64,000 nucleotides of DNA. Source: an uncultured Gammaproteobacteria bacterium (GTDB lineage: Bacteria > Pseudomonadota > Gammaproteobacteria > DRLM01). The notes under the pieces are model-generated. The model saw only the letters and a program-made list of their open reading frames with translations. It searched no databases and was not told where the DNA came from. The DNA is taken from contig CAVSNY010000006.1 in assembly GCA_963729605.1 (NCBI GenBank), positions 256,001 through 320,000 on the forward strand, read 5' to 3'. The translations under genes and the position numbers were made by a program. Shown here piece by piece: positions 44,008 to 61,877 of this stretch. Positions within the stretch are counted from its first letter, which is position 1; the number at the start of each line of letters is the position of its first letter.

Positions 44008-44382
44008 TTAGGCCTTAGGCCGTTTCGCGCCGTATTTGGACCGCCCTTGACGGCGCTTCGCGACACCGGCGGTGTCCAAGCTGCCGCGCACGGTGTGATA
44101 ACGCACACCGGGCAAATCCTTGACACGCCCACCGCGGATCAATACCACGGAGTGCTCCTGAAGATTGTGTCCTTCGCCACCAATATAGGTGGATACTTCC
44201 ATGCCGTTGGTCAAACGCACACGGGCGACTTTACGCAAGGCCGAGTTGGGCTTTTTCGGGGTCGTGGTATACACCCGGGTACACACGCCGCGCTTTTGCG
44301 GGCAGTTCGCCAAGGCCGGCACTTTACTTTTTTCCTGCTTGCGCGCTCGTGGCTTGCGCACCAATTGATTCATCGTTGCCAT
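44008..44382 (-). CDS. rpsL: 30S ribosomal protein S12
   Basis: [18 protein letters not shown]. Confidence 0.99.
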   Translation of the reverse strand: MATMNQLVRKPRARKQEKSKVPALANCPQKRGVCTRVYTTTPKKPNSALRKVARVRLTNGMEVSTYIGGEGHNLQEHSVVLIRGGRVKDLPGVRYHTVRGSLDTAGVAKRRQGRSKYGAKRPKA

Positions 44383-44538
44383 GAATTGCTCGACTCCAGC
44401 CCAAAAAACATAAACGTCCACCCTTCAGCGTCCACTGTCCCACGGCAGTGGCACCCACTTCTCGGTAGAACGCTTATATTTGTATGATTTAGTTAGGTGA
44501 CAGACGGCAAACGTATGTCGCCCCACGAAAGAAGCGGC

Positions 44539-44567
44539 ATTTTAGGGCCGCCACCCCACGCTGTCAA
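44539..44567 (-). promoter_or_regulatory. sigma70 promoter of the str operon
   Basis: TTGACA-N17-TAAAAT followed by a GC-rich discriminator (GCCGC). Confidence 0.8.
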
Positions 44568-44597
44568 TAGGGACCGCGAGGTTCGCGATCCCTATTG
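44565..44597 (-). terminator. hairpin after rpoC (probable terminator)
   Basis: CAATAGGGA-C-CGCGA/TCGCG-A-TCCCTATTG stem with only a weak U tract. Confidence 0.5.
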
Positions 44598-44617
44598 GGG
44601 CGTGGACTTACTTTTAA

Positions 44618-48826
<4,209 letters not shown>

Positions 48827-48960
48827 CGTGTCTCCTGCTCGAAAGATTTCGAGTTACGAGTTTCGGGTCGATGGCGGGTGCGGCAACTCACGCCGCCGCA
48901 CCTTCCATTCGGCGGATTGGCGCATACCACGCGTCCAACCCACCCTCATTTTTTACCCTA

Positions 48961-51900
48961 TCAATCCTGCTCAAGTTCGATGTCGATACCCAGCGCGCGG
49001 ATTTCCTTGACCAATACATTGAAGGATTCGGGCATGCCGGCCTCCATGCGGTGGTCGCCGTCCACGATGTTCTTGTACATCTTGGTGCGGCCGGTGACGT
49101 CGTCGGATTTCACCGTCAACATTTCCTGCAAGGTGTACGCGGCGCCGTAGGCCTCGAGCGCCCACACTTCCATTTCACCGAAGCGCTGGCCGCCGAACTG
49201 GGCCTTGCCGCCCAAGGGCTGCTGGGTGACCAGGCTGTACGGGCCGGTGGAACGCGCGTGCATCTTGTCATCGACCAAGTGGTTGAGCTTGAGCATGTAC
49301 ATATAGCCCACGGTGACCGGACGTTCGAAGGCGTCGCCGGTGCGGCCGTCATACAACGTGGTCTGCCCGGACGGCGGCAGACCCGCCAAGGCCAACATGC
49401 CCTTGATCTCTTTCTCCGAAGCGCCGTCGAACACCGGCGTGGCCATCGGCACGCCGCGGCGCAGATTGCCGGCCAATTCGATGACTTCCGCGTCGCTCAA
49501 ACTGTCGATGTCCTCCTGCTTGCCGCTGGTGTTGTAGACCTGATCGAGGAACTTACGTAGCTCCTGCATCTTGACGTGGGCATCCAGCATCTCGCCGATC
49601 TTCTGGCCTATGCCTTTGGCCGCCCAGCCCAGATGGGCCTCGAGGATCTGGCCGATGTTCATACGCGACGGCACGCCGAGCGGATTCAGCACCACGTCGA
49701 CCGGCCGGCCGTCGGCGCTGTACGGCATGTCTTCCGCTGGCACGATCATCGAGATCACGCCCTTGTTACCGTGGCGGCCGGCCATTTTGTCACCGGGCTG
49801 GATGCGACGCTTCACCGCCAGATAGACCTTGACCATTTTCAGCACGCCGGGGGCGAGGTCGTCGCCGGCGGTGATCTTGGCCTTTTTCTCGTCGAAACGC
49901 TGATCGAATTCCTTGCGACGCTCCTTGAGCTGGTCGGCCAAGGCCTCGAGCTGCTTGTCGGCGTTTTCGTCCTGCAGGCGGATCTCGAACCATTTCTCGC
50001 GCGGCACATCGTCGAGATAATCCTTGGCGATCACGCCGCCGGCCTTGAGTTTCTTCGGACCGCCCGCCGCCGCCTGTTTCAGCAGCAGCTTTTCGACGCG
50101 GTTATAAATGTCTTCTTCGAAAATGCGGAATTGATCGTAGAGATCTTTTTTGAAGCGTTCGAGCTCGGCCTTTTCGATGTCTTTCGAACGCTGATCTTTC
50201 TCGACGCCCTCGCGCGTGAACACCTGCACGTCGATCACCGTTCCGTTCATGCCGGAAGGCACCCGCATCGAGGTGTCTTTCACGTCGGACGCCTTCTCAC
50301 CGAAAATGGCCCGCAGCAATTTTTCTTCCGGGGTGAGCTGAGTCTCACCTTTGGGCGTGACTTTACCCACCAGGATGTCGCCCGGCCCCACTTCGGCGCC
50401 GATGTAGACGATGCCGGATTCGTCGAGCTTGTTGAGCGCGGCTTCACCGACGTTCGGGATGTCCGCGGTGATTTCCTCGGGCCCCAGTTTGGTGTCGCGC
50501 GCGACGCAGGTCAGCTCTTCGATGTGGATGCTGGTGAAACGGTCTTCCTGCACCACCCGCTCCGAGATCAGGATCGAGTCCTCGAAGTTGTAGCCGTTCC
50601 ACGGCATGAAGGCCACCAGCATGTTCTGTCCTAAGGCCAGCTCGCCCAAATCGGTGGAAGGGCCGTCGGCCAACACGTCGTCGCGGGCGATCACGTCGCC
50701 GGTCTTCACCAGCGGCCGCTGGTTGATGCAGGTGTTTTGATTGGAACGGGTGTATTTGATGAGGTTGTAAATGTCCACACCCGCTTCGCCGGCCAGGGTC
50801 TCTTCATCATTGACCCGCACCACGATGCGGCTGGCATCCACCGAATCCACCACGCCGCCGCGGCGGGCGTTGACGGTGACGCCGGAGTCCTGCGCGACCA
50901 CGCGCTCGATGCCCGTGCCCACCAGCGGTTTTTCCGCGCGCAAGGTCGGCACGGCCTGACGTTGCATGTTCGAACCCATCAAGGCGCGGTTGGCGTCGTC
51001 GTGCTCCAGAAACGGAATCAACGAGGCCGCCACCGACACGATCTGGCGCGGCGACACGTCGATGTAATTCACCCGGTCCGGGGTGATCATGTTGAACTCG
51101 TTCAAATGACGGCAGGACACCAGGTCGTCGGTCAATTTGCCCTTGGCGTCCACCGTGGCATTGGCCTGGGCGATGATGTATTGCCCTTCCTCGATGGCGG
51201 AGAGGAACTCGATATCGTCGGTCACCTTGCCGTCCACCACCTTGCGGTACGGCGTTTCCAAAAAGCCGTAGGGATTGGTGCGCGCGTAGGTGGCCAGCGA
51301 ATTGATCAGACCGATGTTCGGGCCTTCCGGCGTTTCGATCGGGCAGACCCGGCCGTAATGGGTGGGATGCACGTCGCGCACTTCGAAACCGGCGCGTTCG
51401 CGGGTCAAACCGCCCGGCCCCAAGGCCGAGACGCGGCGCTTGTGGGTCACTTCCGACAGCGGGTTGTTTTGGTCCATGAACTGCGAGAGCTGCGAAGAAC
51501 CGAAGAATTCCTTGATGGCCGCCGACACCGGTTTGGCGTTGATCAATTCGTGCGGCATCAAACCCTCGGTTTCCGCCAGGCTCAAACGCTCTTTAACCGC
51601 GCGCTCGACACGGACCAAGCCGATGCGGAATTGATTTTCCACCATCTCGCCTACGCTGCGGACGCGGCGGTTACCCAAGTGGTCGATGTCGTCTATCGTG
51701 CCGTTACCGTCGCGGATGGCGATGAGGGTGCGCAATACGTCGATGATGTCGTCCTTGGCCAATACGCCCGAACCGGTCACTTCCTGACGGCCGACGCGGC
51801 GGTTGAATTTCATGCGGCCCACCGCCGACAGATCGTAGCGGTCGGCGCTGAAGAACAGATTTTGGAACAGGGCCTGCGCCGCCTCCTTGGTGGGCGGCTC

Positions 51901-53031
51901 GCCGGGACGCATCATGCGGTAGATTTCCACCAGCGCCTCCAATTCGGTGCGCGTCGAATCGGCACGCAAGGTCTGGGAGATGTAGGGGCCGCGGTCGAGG
52001 TCGTTGGTGAACAGGGTTTGGATGCCGGTCACACCGCTGTCGATGATCTTTTCCAGCAAGGCGGCATTGATCTCGTCATTGGCGTTGGCGATGACCTCGC
52101 CGGTGTTGACGTCCACCACGTTGTGGGCAAGGGTCTTGCCGAACAAATAGTCTTGGGGAACCACCAAGGTTTTGATCGCGGCCTTCTCGATCTCCTTGAT
52201 GTGGCGCGCCATGATGCGGCGGCCGGCCTCGACGATGACCTTGCCCTTGATCTTGATGTCGAAGGCCGCGGTTTCGCCGCGCAGACGCTCGGGAATGAGG
52301 TCCAGTTTCACGTCGTCTTTATCGAAGGTGAAGGTGTTGGTCTCGAAGAACAGCGCGAGCATCTCCTCGGTGCTGTACCCGAGGGCGCGCAGCAGCATGG
52401 TCGCCGGCAATTTACGGCGGCGGTCGATGCGCACGAACACCAGATCGTTCGGATCGAATTCGAAGTCCAGCCAGGAGCCGCGATAGGGGATCACGCGCGC
52501 CGAAAACAGCAGTTTGCCGGACGAATGGGTCTTGCCCTTGTCGTGCTCGAAAAACACGCCGGGCGAACGGTGCAGCTGCGACACCACCACGCGCTCGGTG
52601 CCGTTGATGACGAAGGTGCCGTTGTCGGTCATGAGCGGCATTTCGCCCATGTAGACTTCCTGCTCCTTGATGTCCTTCACCGTGCCGGCCGGGGCCTCTT
52701 TGTCATAAATGACCAGGCGCACCTTGACACGCAGCGGCGCGGCGTAGGTCATGCCGCGCTGCTGACACTCGCGCACGTCGAAAGTGGGCGTGCCGAGGCG
52801 GTAACTCACATACTCCAACATCGCCGAGCCGGAATAACTCGTGATGGGGAAAACCGTCTTAAACGCGGCATGCAGACCTTGGTCGAGCCGCTGCTCCAGG
52901 GTTCTGTCCACTTGCAGAAACTGCTTGTAGGAATCCACTTGGATCGCCAGTAGATAAGGCACTTCCAGAACTATCGGGAGTTTGCCAAAATCCTTACGGA
53001 TAGACTTTTTCTCAGTGAAGGAGTAGGCCAT
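48961..53031 (-). CDS. rpoB: RNA polymerase beta subunit
   Basis: [30 protein letters not shown]. Confidence 0.99.
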   Translation of the reverse strand: MAYSFTEKKSIRKDFGKLPIVLEVPYLLAIQVDSYKQFLQVDRTLEQRLDQGLHAAFKTVFPITSYSGSAMLEYVSYRLGTPTFDVRECQQRGMTYAAPLRVKVRLVIYDKEAPAGTVKDIKEQEVYMGEMPLMTDNGTFVINGTERVVVSQLHRSPGVFFEHDKGKTHSSGKLLFSARVIPYRGSWLDFEFDPNDLVFVRIDRRRKLPATMLLRALGYSTEEMLALFFETNTFTFDKDDVKLDLIPERLRGETAAFDIKIKGKVIVEAGRRIMARHIKEIEKAAIKTLVVPQDYLFGKTLAHNVVDVNTGEVIANANDEINAALLEKIIDSGVTGIQTLFTNDLDRGPYISQTLRADSTRTELEALVEIYRMMRPGEPPTKEAAQALFQNLFFSADRYDLSAVGRMKFNRRVGRQEVTGSGVLAKDDIIDVLRTLIAIRDGNGTIDDIDHLGNRRVRSVGEMVENQFRIGLVRVERAVKERLSLAETEGLMPHELINAKPVSAAIKEFFGSSQLSQFMDQNNPLSEVTHKRRVSALGPGGLTRERAGFEVRDVHPTHYGRVCPIETPEGPNIGLINSLATYARTNPYGFLETPYRKVVDGKVTDDIEFLSAIEEGQYIIAQANATVDAKGKLTDDLVSCRHLNEFNMITPDRVNYIDVSPRQIVSVAASLIPFLEHDDANRALMGSNMQRQAVPTLRAEKPLVGTGIERVVAQDSGVTVNARRGGVVDSVDASRIVVRVNDEETLAGEAGVDIYNLIKYTRSNQNTCINQRPLVKTGDVIARDDVLADGPSTDLGELALGQNMLVAFMPWNGYNFEDSILISERVVQEDRFTSIHIEELTCVARDTKLGPEEITADIPNVGEAALNKLDESGIVYIGAEVGPGDILVGKVTPKGETQLTPEEKLLRAIFGEKASDVKDTSMRVPSGMNGTVIDVQVFTREGVEKDQRSKDIEKAELERFKKDLYDQFRIFEEDIYNRVEKLLLKQAAAGGPKKLKAGGVIAKDYLDDVPREKWFEIRLQDENADKQLEALADQLKERRKEFDQRFDEKKAKITAGDDLAPGVLKMVKVYLAVKRRIQPGDKMAGRHGNKGVISMIVPAEDMPYSADGRPVDVVLNPLGVPSRMNIGQILEAHLGWAAKGIGQKIGEMLDAHVKMQELRKFLDQVYNTSGKQEDIDSLSDAEVIELAGNLRRGVPMATPVFDGASEKEIKGMLALAGLPPSGQTTLYDGRTGDAFERPVTVGYMYMLKLNHLVDDKMHARSTGPYSLVTQQPLGGKAQFGGQRFGEMEVWALEAYGAAYTLQEMLTVKSDDVTGRTKMYKNIVDGDHRMEAGMPESFNVLVKEIRALGIDIELEQD

Positions 53032-53159
53032 TAATCTTCCTCGAGGAGTAGTTCAACAAACGGTATTGCTCGCAACCGTTACCTGGCTCGCACATCAGGA
53101 CACCAGGCCTGCTGCAACGCGAACCGCCCCCGCATCGCGTGCGGGTCTATCAGTCGTAA

Positions 53160-53192
53160 CAGGAAAAGGCCGGCAGCTTAATGCTGCCAGCC
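53160..53192 (-). terminator. attenuator-like hairpin between rplL and rpoB
   Basis: Minus strand reads GGCTGGCAGC-attaa-GCTGCCGGCC-TTTT. Confidence 0.55.
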
Positions 53193-53355
53193 CATTCCGC
53201 GCGGGCGTCCCAAAACGGACCCCGCGCCTTTCATCACCAGTGCGCGCCCGGGCCGGCCGCGGAAAAACTTCTTCTCCGCGATCGCCGATGAGCCGCGCAC
53301 CTTCATGCCATTGGGCATATCGTTCAGCAGTACCGTCCTAATAAAAGCGACCCGC

Positions 53356-53730
53356 TTACTTGATGTCCACCTTGGCGCCAGCCTCTTCCAATTGCTTTTT
53401 GATGGCTTCGGCGTCGGCCTTGGGAATGCCTTCTTTCACGGTGGCGGGCACGCCTTCCACCATGTCTTTGGCTTCCTTCAGACCCAAACCGGTGACCGTG
53501 CGGATGACTTTAATCACGTTCACCTTGTTTTCGCCGAAGCTGGTCATGACCACATTGAACTCGGTCTTCTCCTCGGCGGGGGCCGCGGCGGCGACCGCCG
53601 GACCGGCCGCTACGGCCATGGTGGCCGCGGACACGCCGAACTTCTCTTCCATGGCGGAAATCAGATCGACGATTTCCAGCACGGTCATGTTAGCAATGGT
53701 TTCCAAGATTTCTTCTTTGGCAACAGCCAT
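53356..53730 (-). CDS. rplL: 50S ribosomal protein L7/L12
   Basis: [18 protein letters not shown]. Confidence 0.99.
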   Translation of the reverse strand: MAVAKEEILETIANMTVLEIVDLISAMEEKFGVSAATMAVAAGPAVAAAAPAEEKTEFNVVMTSFGENKVNVIKVIRTVTGLGLKEAKDMVEGVPATVKEGIPKADAEAIKKQLEEAGAKVDIK

Positions 53731-53798
53731 GGTCTTAACTCCTAAAAAATAGTCTATGCAGTTTTCCCGGCCAAACGGAGGGCGTAATCGCCGCCGTA

Positions 53799-54326
53799 TC
53801 AGGCCGCCGATTGTTTCTGTTCGCGTACCGCGGCGATGGTGCGTACCAGCTTGTCGGCCGGGGCCTTGATGGTGCGCGCCAGTTTTTCAACCGGGGCTTT
53901 CATCACGGCCATCAGCTTGCTGATCGCTTCGTCACGGGTCGGCATGGTCGCGAGGGCCGCCAAATCACCGGGGACGAGCAATTTGCCGCTGAGGGCGATT
54001 GCCCTCACCACCAACTTGTCGTTGTCCTTGGCGAAATCGCGGATAATCCGCGCGGCGGCGGCGGGTTCGTCCCTGGAGAAGGCCAATACCAGCGGCCCCG
54101 TCAAGGAATCACCCATGCACTCGTAACCGGTACCCATCAACGCTCGCCGCGCCAAGGTGTTCTTGACGACGCGGACATAGACGCCCGCATTGCGCGCATC
54201 GACACGCAATTTGGTCATCTTCTCCACGCTTAAACCACGGTATTCCGCGGCAATGGCGGACTGAGCGTCGCGGGCCACAACGGCGACCTCGGCGACGATG
54301 GCCTCTTTTTCCTGTCTCGTTAACAA
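53799..54326 (-). CDS. rplJ: 50S ribosomal protein L10
   Basis: [20 protein letters not shown] start with GAGGAG SD. Confidence 0.98.
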   Translation of the reverse strand: MLTRQEKEAIVAEVAVVARDAQSAIAAEYRGLSVEKMTKLRVDARNAGVYVRVVKNTLARRALMGTGYECMGDSLTGPLVLAFSRDEPAAAARIIRDFAKDNDKLVVRAIALSGKLLVPGDLAALATMPTRDEAISKLMAVMKAPVEKLARTIKAPADKLVRTIAAVREQKQSAA

Positions 54327-54454
54327 GAGTCCATCTCCTCTTCATTGGAACGGCGCGCGCCTTGCGGCCGCCTGCCGTTCCGCCTTACACGGATGCGTCC
54401 ACCCCGTGGACACACCCCCTTACGGCTACCTTTGCCAGGAAAATCCTGTCTCGG

Positions 54455-54550
54455 GCCAGACCGTCTACGCAGGCCGGTTGTTTTTACAACCCATTAAGCG
54501 AACACCTGCGGTCTTTGACGGCTGCCGGACCAGGCCGACAGCCCAAAGCC
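54455..54550 (-). ncRNA. L10 leader (rplJ autoregulatory structure)
   Basis: Minus strand reads CCGTCAAAGACCGCAGGTG...TTAA...CCTGCGTAGACGG, the kink-turn signature. Confidence 0.85.
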
Positions 54551-54594
54551 ATCACCGATGGAGGCGCGGCGCGCCTCCATCGTCATCAAACGAA

Positions 54595-55292
<698 letters not shown>

Positions 55293-55293
<1 letters not shown>

Positions 55294-55724
55294 CACACAC
55301 CCTCCACGGTCAGGCCCATGCTGCGGGCGCTACCGGCAATGGTGCGCACCGCGGCGTCCATATCCGCCGCCGTGAGGTCGGGCATCTTGGTCTTGGCGAT
55401 TTCTTCCAATTGAGCGCGGGTCACCTTGCCCACCTTGACGGTGTGCGGGGTGCTGCTGCCGCTGGCGATCCCGGCGGCCTTCTTCAATAGAATGGACGCG
55501 GGCGGGGTCTTGGTGATGAACGTGAAACTGCGGTCGCTATAAACCGTGATCACCACCGGCAGGGGCAGGCCCTGCTCGACCTTCTGGGTCGCGGCGTTGA
55601 ACTGCTTGCAGAACTCCATGATGTTGACGCCGTGCTGGCCCAAGGCAGGACCGACCGGCGGACTGGGGTTGGCCTGACCGGCCTTCACCTGCAATTTGAT
55701 GTATGCCTGAATTTTCTTTGCCAT
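55293..55724 (-). CDS. rplK: 50S ribosomal protein L11
   Basis: [12 protein letters not shown]. Confidence 0.99.
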
Positions 55725-55737
55725 GTTTCACTCCTCA

Positions 55738-55766
55738 GTGGGTGCTAGCGCCTCGCGGCTCCCCGG
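55738..55766 (-). promoter_or_regulatory. L1-binding leader upstream of rplK
   Basis: Minus strand reads GGGGAGCC-GCGA-GGCGCTAGCACCC next to the SD. Confidence 0.7.
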
Positions 55767-55837
55767 ACAACAGCGACAGGTTCCAAGCCACACCCATGGT
55801 GAGCCCGGAACCCGGCGCCCGAAATAATCGTTAAAAC

Positions 55838-56371
55838 TTAACCTTTTTCTACCTGACCAAACTCCAACTCGACCGGCGTGGAGCGGCCGAAGATCAACAC
55901 CGCCACCCGCAGGCGACTCTTTTCGTAGTTGACCTCTTCCACCACGCCGTTGAAATCCGCGAAAGGACCTTCGGTGACCCGCACCACCTCGCCCGGCTCG
56001 AACAATACCTTGGGCCGCGGCTTCTCCACCCCCTCCTGCACGCGCTGCAGGATCTTTTCCGCCTCTTTCTCGGAGATCGGCGCGGGGCGGTTGCTGGTGC
56101 CGCCGATGAAACCCATCACCTTGGGCACGTCTTTGACGAGATGCCAGGTGTTGTCGTCCATCTCCATCTGCACCAGCACATAGCCGGGGAAGAATTTTCG
56201 GTCACTCTTACGCTTCTGTCCGGCGCGCATCTCCACCACCTCTTCGGTGGGCACGAGAATCTCGCCGAACTTCTCTTCCATACTATGCAATTTGATCCGC
56301 TCCCGCATGGAGCGCACCACCTGGTTTTCAAACCCGGAATAGACGTGGACTACGTACCAGCGCATCGCCAT
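55838..56371 (-). CDS. nusG: transcription factor NusG
   Basis: [23 protein letters not shown]. Confidence 0.99.
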   Translation of the reverse strand: MAMRWYVVHVYSGFENQVVRSMRERIKLHSMEEKFGEILVPTEEVVEMRAGQKRKSDRKFFPGYVLVQMEMDDNTWHLVKDVPKVMGFIGGTSNRPAPISEKEAEKILQRVQEGVEKPRPKVLFEPGEVVRVTEGPFADFNGVVEEVNYEKSRLRVAVLIFGRSTPVELEFGQVEKG

Positions 56372-56377
56372 GTATCC

Positions 56378-56725
56378 TTAGCCCCCTTGACCAGTCAACA
56401 GCTTAACGGACCACACCAAAAACGTATCCAAGCCCCACAGAATCAACGCGACAAGCACCACCATCCCCATCACTATCAATGTGGTCTGATTGGTCTCCTT
56501 GCCCGTGGGCCAGACGATTTTACGCAGCTCAATGCTCGCCTCGCGGAAAAAACCGATGAGCTGGCCGCCGTTTTCGGTCTGCAACACGATCGCGATACAC
56601 AGGCCGACCACCACCAGCAACGCGATCACACGCATCCACAAGGCATAATCAGCGAGGTAATAAAAACCGGCGAGGCCGCCGATCAACAACAGCGCCGCTG
56701 CCAGCCATTTAAGTTTATCCACCAT
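56378..56725 (-). CDS. secE: preprotein translocase SecE
   Basis: ELRKIVWPT. Three TM helices. Confidence 0.97.
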   Translation of the reverse strand: MVDKLKWLAAALLLIGGLAGFYYLADYALWMRVIALLVVVGLCIAIVLQTENGGQLIGFFREASIELRKIVWPTGKETNQTTLIVMGMVVLVALILWGLDTFLVWSVKLLTGQGG

Positions 56726-56763
56726 ACTCGCTACTTTAAAAATCTATCTATCCAGCTGCCAGA

Positions 56764-56839
56764 TGGCAGGCCAGGAGGGAATCGAACCCCCAACCTGCGG
56801 TTTTGGAGACCGCCGCTCTGCCAATTGAGCTACTGGCCT
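56764..56839 (-). tRNA. tRNA-Trp (CCA)
   Basis: AGGCCAGTAGCTCAATTGG...CTCCAAA...GGTTCGATTCC...GCCA cloverleaf. Confidence 0.97.
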
Positions 56840-56912
56840 TTAACTCTTGATCTTTAAAAAACGAAGTGGACGACACCCAGGCATCGCCCACCCGCTCGAC
56901 CATATTCAGTCG

Positions 56913-58103
<1,191 letters not shown>

Positions 58104-58260
58104 CGCTAAAGTCTCCTCAACGCAAATGGATGGCCCTTACCTGGAATGAGCCCATCACACACCAAAACCCAAGAGCACGCCGGCGAGGACCGCAACTCAC
58201 ATCCATCTCACAACGCGCCATTTTAAAGCGGCGGCGACCCGCGCTACCTGATCATACTTA

Positions 58261-58336
<76 letters not shown>

Positions 58337-58425
58337 CTGCATTCAGGGCAAAACGAACGGCATTGAGAGATAAAGCCAAATGCTTTTACTTCCAATTCCT
58401 TCCCTTTACCCCTTTCCTCTCACAC

Positions 58426-58499
58426 TGGAGCGGGTGATGGGAATCGAACCCACGCTATCAGCTTGGAAGGCTGAAGTTCTACCATTGAACTACACCCGC
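58426..58499 (-). tRNA. tRNA-Gly (TCC)
   Basis: GCGGGTGTAGTTCAATGG...CTTCCAA...GGTTCGATTCC...TCCA. Confidence 0.97.
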
Positions 58500-58561
58500 C
58501 TTCTCATCACGGACCAATGAAGACACCCCCGATTAAGAAAGCTCCACCATCGGCAAAACAC

Positions 58562-58646
58562 TGGTGGAGGGGGGAGGATTCGAACCTCCGAAGGCAGAGC
58601 CGTCAGATTTACAGTCTGATCCCTTTGGCCGCTCGGGAACCCCTCC
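58562..58646 (-). tRNA. tRNA-Tyr (GTA)
   Basis: GGAGGGGTTCCCGAGCGG...CTGTAAA, long variable arm, ...ACCA. Confidence 0.97.
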
Positions 58647-58664
58647 TCAAGACACAAGCCGCGT

Positions 58665-58693
58665 ATTTTGATAGATCGGAAGACATGTGTCAA
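58665..58693 (-). promoter_or_regulatory. sigma70 promoter of the tRNA-tuf operon
   Basis: TTGACA-N17-CAAAAT followed by a GC-rich discriminator. Confidence 0.75.
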
Positions 58694-58748
58694 CGCTAAC
58701 CGGCCCAGAAATTGCCGGCGGCGCCCGCGCCTCCCGCCTCAAATTTCG

Positions 58749-60419
58749 TCAGGCGATATATCCTTGGCGTTTCAGGTAAAGAAATACCTGCTGGGCCGCC
58801 TCTTCCACCGTAAGCTGGCTGGTGTCAACGCGCAGCTCCGGGTTTTCCGGCGTTTCGTAAGGATCGCTGATCCCGGTGAACTCCTTGAGCACGCCGGCGC
58901 GCGCCTTGGCGTAAAGGCCTTTGCGATCGCGACCTTCGCAGACCTCGAGAGGGGTGGAGACATGAATCTCGATGAAGCCGCCATACGGACTGATCATCTG
59001 CCGCACCTCGCGCCGCAGCGCGGTATAAGGGGCGATCGGCGCGCAGATGGCGATGCCGCCGTTTTTGGTGATCTCGCTGGCCACGTAGCCGATACGGCGG
59101 ATATTGATATTGCGATGTTCTTTGGAGAACCCCAGTTCGCTGGATAGGTGTTTGCGCACCACGTCGCCGTCGAGCACGCTGACCGGCCGGCCGCCCAGCT
59201 CCAATAATTTGGCCAACACCGCCTTGGCGACGGTGGACTTCCCGGAACCGGACAAGCCTGTAAAAAACAACGTAAACCCCTGCTTGGCGCGGGCCGGGAA
59301 TCGGTTGCGCAATTCGGCGGCAACCTCGGGAAAACAAAACCATTCGGGGATTTCCAAGCCCTCGCGCAAACGGCGCTGCAACTCCTCGGCGCCGAAATCG
59401 CCAATCCGCGCCCCGGCCGGCACCTCGCCCGGCGGCAGGTAATCGGCCCGCTCCTCCACATACACCAAGGGTTCACAGGCCACCAAATGGATGGCGAGTT
59501 GCTGGGCGATATCGGGCCGGGCCTCCGCCAGCGCGCGCGCGTCCAAGCCATAAGCGCCCGTCTCCCACGCCATGGCGCTGCAACCGCAGTTTTGACGCAC
59601 GATGGCGTGCAGCAACAACTCCCGCCAACCGCCGCCGCGGGCGGGAATGGTCAACAGGCTCAGCAGGGTGGTCTGGGCCGGAGCTCGTCCCAAAACCTCG
59701 CGGTAACAACGCACCCGGTAATAATAGTCATCCCCCTCTTCCACCACGGGGTGCAGCAGCAACGCCGCGCCGAGTTCGCGGGCGATCCGTGCGCTCAATT
59801 TTTGTTGTGCGACATACAGGGGCTCGGCCGTATGAAAGGCCGCCACTGCGCCCCAGCCCCGTTTGACAAATTCCTGGCGCAGCTCCGCCGGGCCGTGACG
59901 CAGGGCGTTGAAGCTGTGATAGCTGGGCGCCTCCACACCTTCGACGCGGCCGCCCACGTAATAAGGCTGGGTTTTGGTGAGGAGTCGGTCGACCTCCGGC
60001 TGCGCCGCATCCGCCTCGCCATAAAGGGCGCGGGCCTCGGCGGCACGATCCGGCTGCCAAACCTCGTCCACTCGCAATACCGCCAGCAGCACACCCTCGA
60101 GGTCGCGCAATGCCAAGGCCGCCCCCGGCGCCAACTGCGCCGCCAGCGCCTCACTCACGTCCAGCACCACCGGCAGCGGCCACAAAGTACCGTCCGCCAG
60201 CGCCATCCCCTCCAGCACGCACCGGTAATCCGTCCGGCCCATGAAACCCCGCAGGGGGGAATAGGCGCCGTTCATCAACAAGGCCAGTTCGGCCTGCTGA
60301 CGCGGATCGAGGTCCAACGATGGCAAGGAGAGCGCCTCCTGCTTGAGCTCTGCGATGCGCGCACTCTCGGCGAACAAAACTTGCAACTGGCCGCCGTGGG
60401 GTTGGGTAAGCTGTTTCAT
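58749..60419 (-). CDS. cysC: adenylyl-sulfate kinase with an N-terminal (probably inactive) ATP sulfurylase domain
   Basis: PHGG...GAYSPLRGFM Sat fold. Kinase motifs GLSGSGKST, LDGDVVR and FTGISDPYE are intact. Confidence 0.9.
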   Translation of the reverse strand: MKQLTQPHGGQLQVLFAESARIAELKQEALSLPSLDLDPRQQAELALLMNGAYSPLRGFMGRTDYRCVLEGMALADGTLWPLPVVLDVSEALAAQLAPGAALALRDLEGVLLAVLRVDEVWQPDRAAEARALYGEADAAQPEVDRLLTKTQPYYVGGRVEGVEAPSYHSFNALRHGPAELRQEFVKRGWGAVAAFHTAEPLYVAQQKLSARIARELGAALLLHPVVEEGDDYYYRVRCYREVLGRAPAQTTLLSLLTIPARGGGWRELLLHAIVRQNCGCSAMAWETGAYGLDARALAEARPDIAQQLAIHLVACEPLVYVEERADYLPPGEVPAGARIGDFGAEELQRRLREGLEIPEWFCFPEVAAELRNRFPARAKQGFTLFFTGLSGSGKSTVAKAVLAKLLELGGRPVSVLDGDVVRKHLSSELGFSKEHRNINIRRIGYVASEITKNGGIAICAPIAPYTALRREVRQMISPYGGFIEIHVSTPLEVCEGRDRKGLYAKARAGVLKEFTGISDPYETPENPELRVDTSQLTVEEAAQQVFLYLKRQGYIA

Positions 60420-60688
60420 GGATCCGCTCTCTCGGGGTAGGTAAATTTTAAGATCGGCTATTGTAGGCGGCCGGGGACCGGCAAGCCAGACCCGCGCCAT
60501 CACATCGCCGCCGCGCCGGGCCCGCGGCACGCACAGCGCTCGGCCCACAACCAGCGCCCCGAAACGGACTTACCCGGCACGACGACCGTAATCATGGCGC
60601 CCTGGGTTTTCCCGCCGTCCGCGAAGCTCAACATGGGCGGCGATGATGATATGCTGTGCCCCATTTTGCGGGAGACGAGACGGATTTT

Positions 60689-61666
60689 ATGCAAAAGCAA
60701 CCCATCCTGGTGACCGGCGGCGCCGGTTACATCGGCAGCCACGTCGTACGTCAACTGGGCGAGGCCGGTCACGAAGTCGTCGTACTCGACAATCTCTCCA
60801 CCGGTTTTCGCGCCTCGGTGCTGTACGGCAAACTGGTAATAGGCGACACCGGCGACCGCGCCTTCGTCACTCAACTGCTGCGCGACCACGGCATCGAATC
60901 GGTGCTGCACTTCGCCGCGCATATCGTCGTGCCCGAATCGGTGAGCGACCCGCTCAAATACTACGGCAACAACACCTGCAATACCCGCGAACTGCTGGCG
61001 GCCTGCGCCGACGCGGGCGTCAAACATTTCATCTTCTCGTCTACCGCCGCCGTGTATGGCATCCCGCCCGATATGGAATGCGCGGAAGACAGCCCGCTCG
61101 CGCCCATCAATCCCTACGGCCGCTCCAAACTCATGAGCGAATGGATGCTGCAAGACCTCGCCGCGGCCGGCGATTTGCGCTACGGCGTCTTGCGCTATTT
61201 CAACGTCGCCGGCGCCGACCCCGGCGGCCGCATCGGTCAATCCACCCCCAAGGCCACCCACCTCATCAAGGTGGCCTGCGAAGCGACGCTGGGCAAACGC
61301 GGCCACATCGACGTCTTCGGCACCGACTACGCCACGCCGGACGGCACCTGCATCCGCGACTACATCCACATCGAAGACCTGGCCGGCGCCCACCTGCTGG
61401 CGCTGGATCATCTCCGCAACGGCGGAGAGTCTTTTACCGCCAACTGCGGTTACGGTCACGGCTACAGCGTGCGCGAAGTCCTGGACATGGTGCAGCAAGT
61501 CAGCGGCGTCAAATTGAATATCCGCGAGGCGGCGCGCCGCGCCGGCGATCCGCCCGCCCTCATCGCCAAGGCCGAGCGGATACGCGCGCTGCTGGGCTGG
61601 ACACCGCGTCACGACGACCTGCAAGGCATCGTCGCCCATGCCCTGGCCTGGGAACGCCGGCTCTAA
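60689..61666 (+). CDS. galE: UDP-glucose 4-epimerase
   Basis: TGGAGYIGSH, YGRSK, LRYFNVAGA, DGTCIRDYIH. Confidence 0.96.
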   Translation: MQKQPILVTGGAGYIGSHVVRQLGEAGHEVVVLDNLSTGFRASVLYGKLVIGDTGDRAFVTQLLRDHGIESVLHFAAHIVVPESVSDPLKYYGNNTCNTRELLAACADAGVKHFIFSSTAAVYGIPPDMECAEDSPLAPINPYGRSKLMSEWMLQDLAAAGDLRYGVLRYFNVAGADPGGRIGQSTPKATHLIKVACEATLGKRGHIDVFGTDYATPDGTCIRDYIHIEDLAGAHLLALDHLRNGGESFTANCGYGHGYSVREVLDMVQQVSGVKLNIREAARRAGDPPALIAKAERIRALLGWTPRHDDLQGIVAHALAWERRL

Positions 61667-61877
61667 GGAACATGGATTTATCGGCGGCCCGACTCTAAGG
61701 ATGCGCCGCCTTTTCCAAGCGCTTTTCTGACCGGAAAAGGGCAAAAAACAAAAATCGCCTTTTAGTTTTCACCCCTGAAATCCAGCGAGGGTATTTCAAA
61801 ACTTCTTTGACACCCCGCCAATCACGCGGCGGACTGACAGCCAGCCGCCCTGTTTTCAATCACGAGGTAAACCGACC

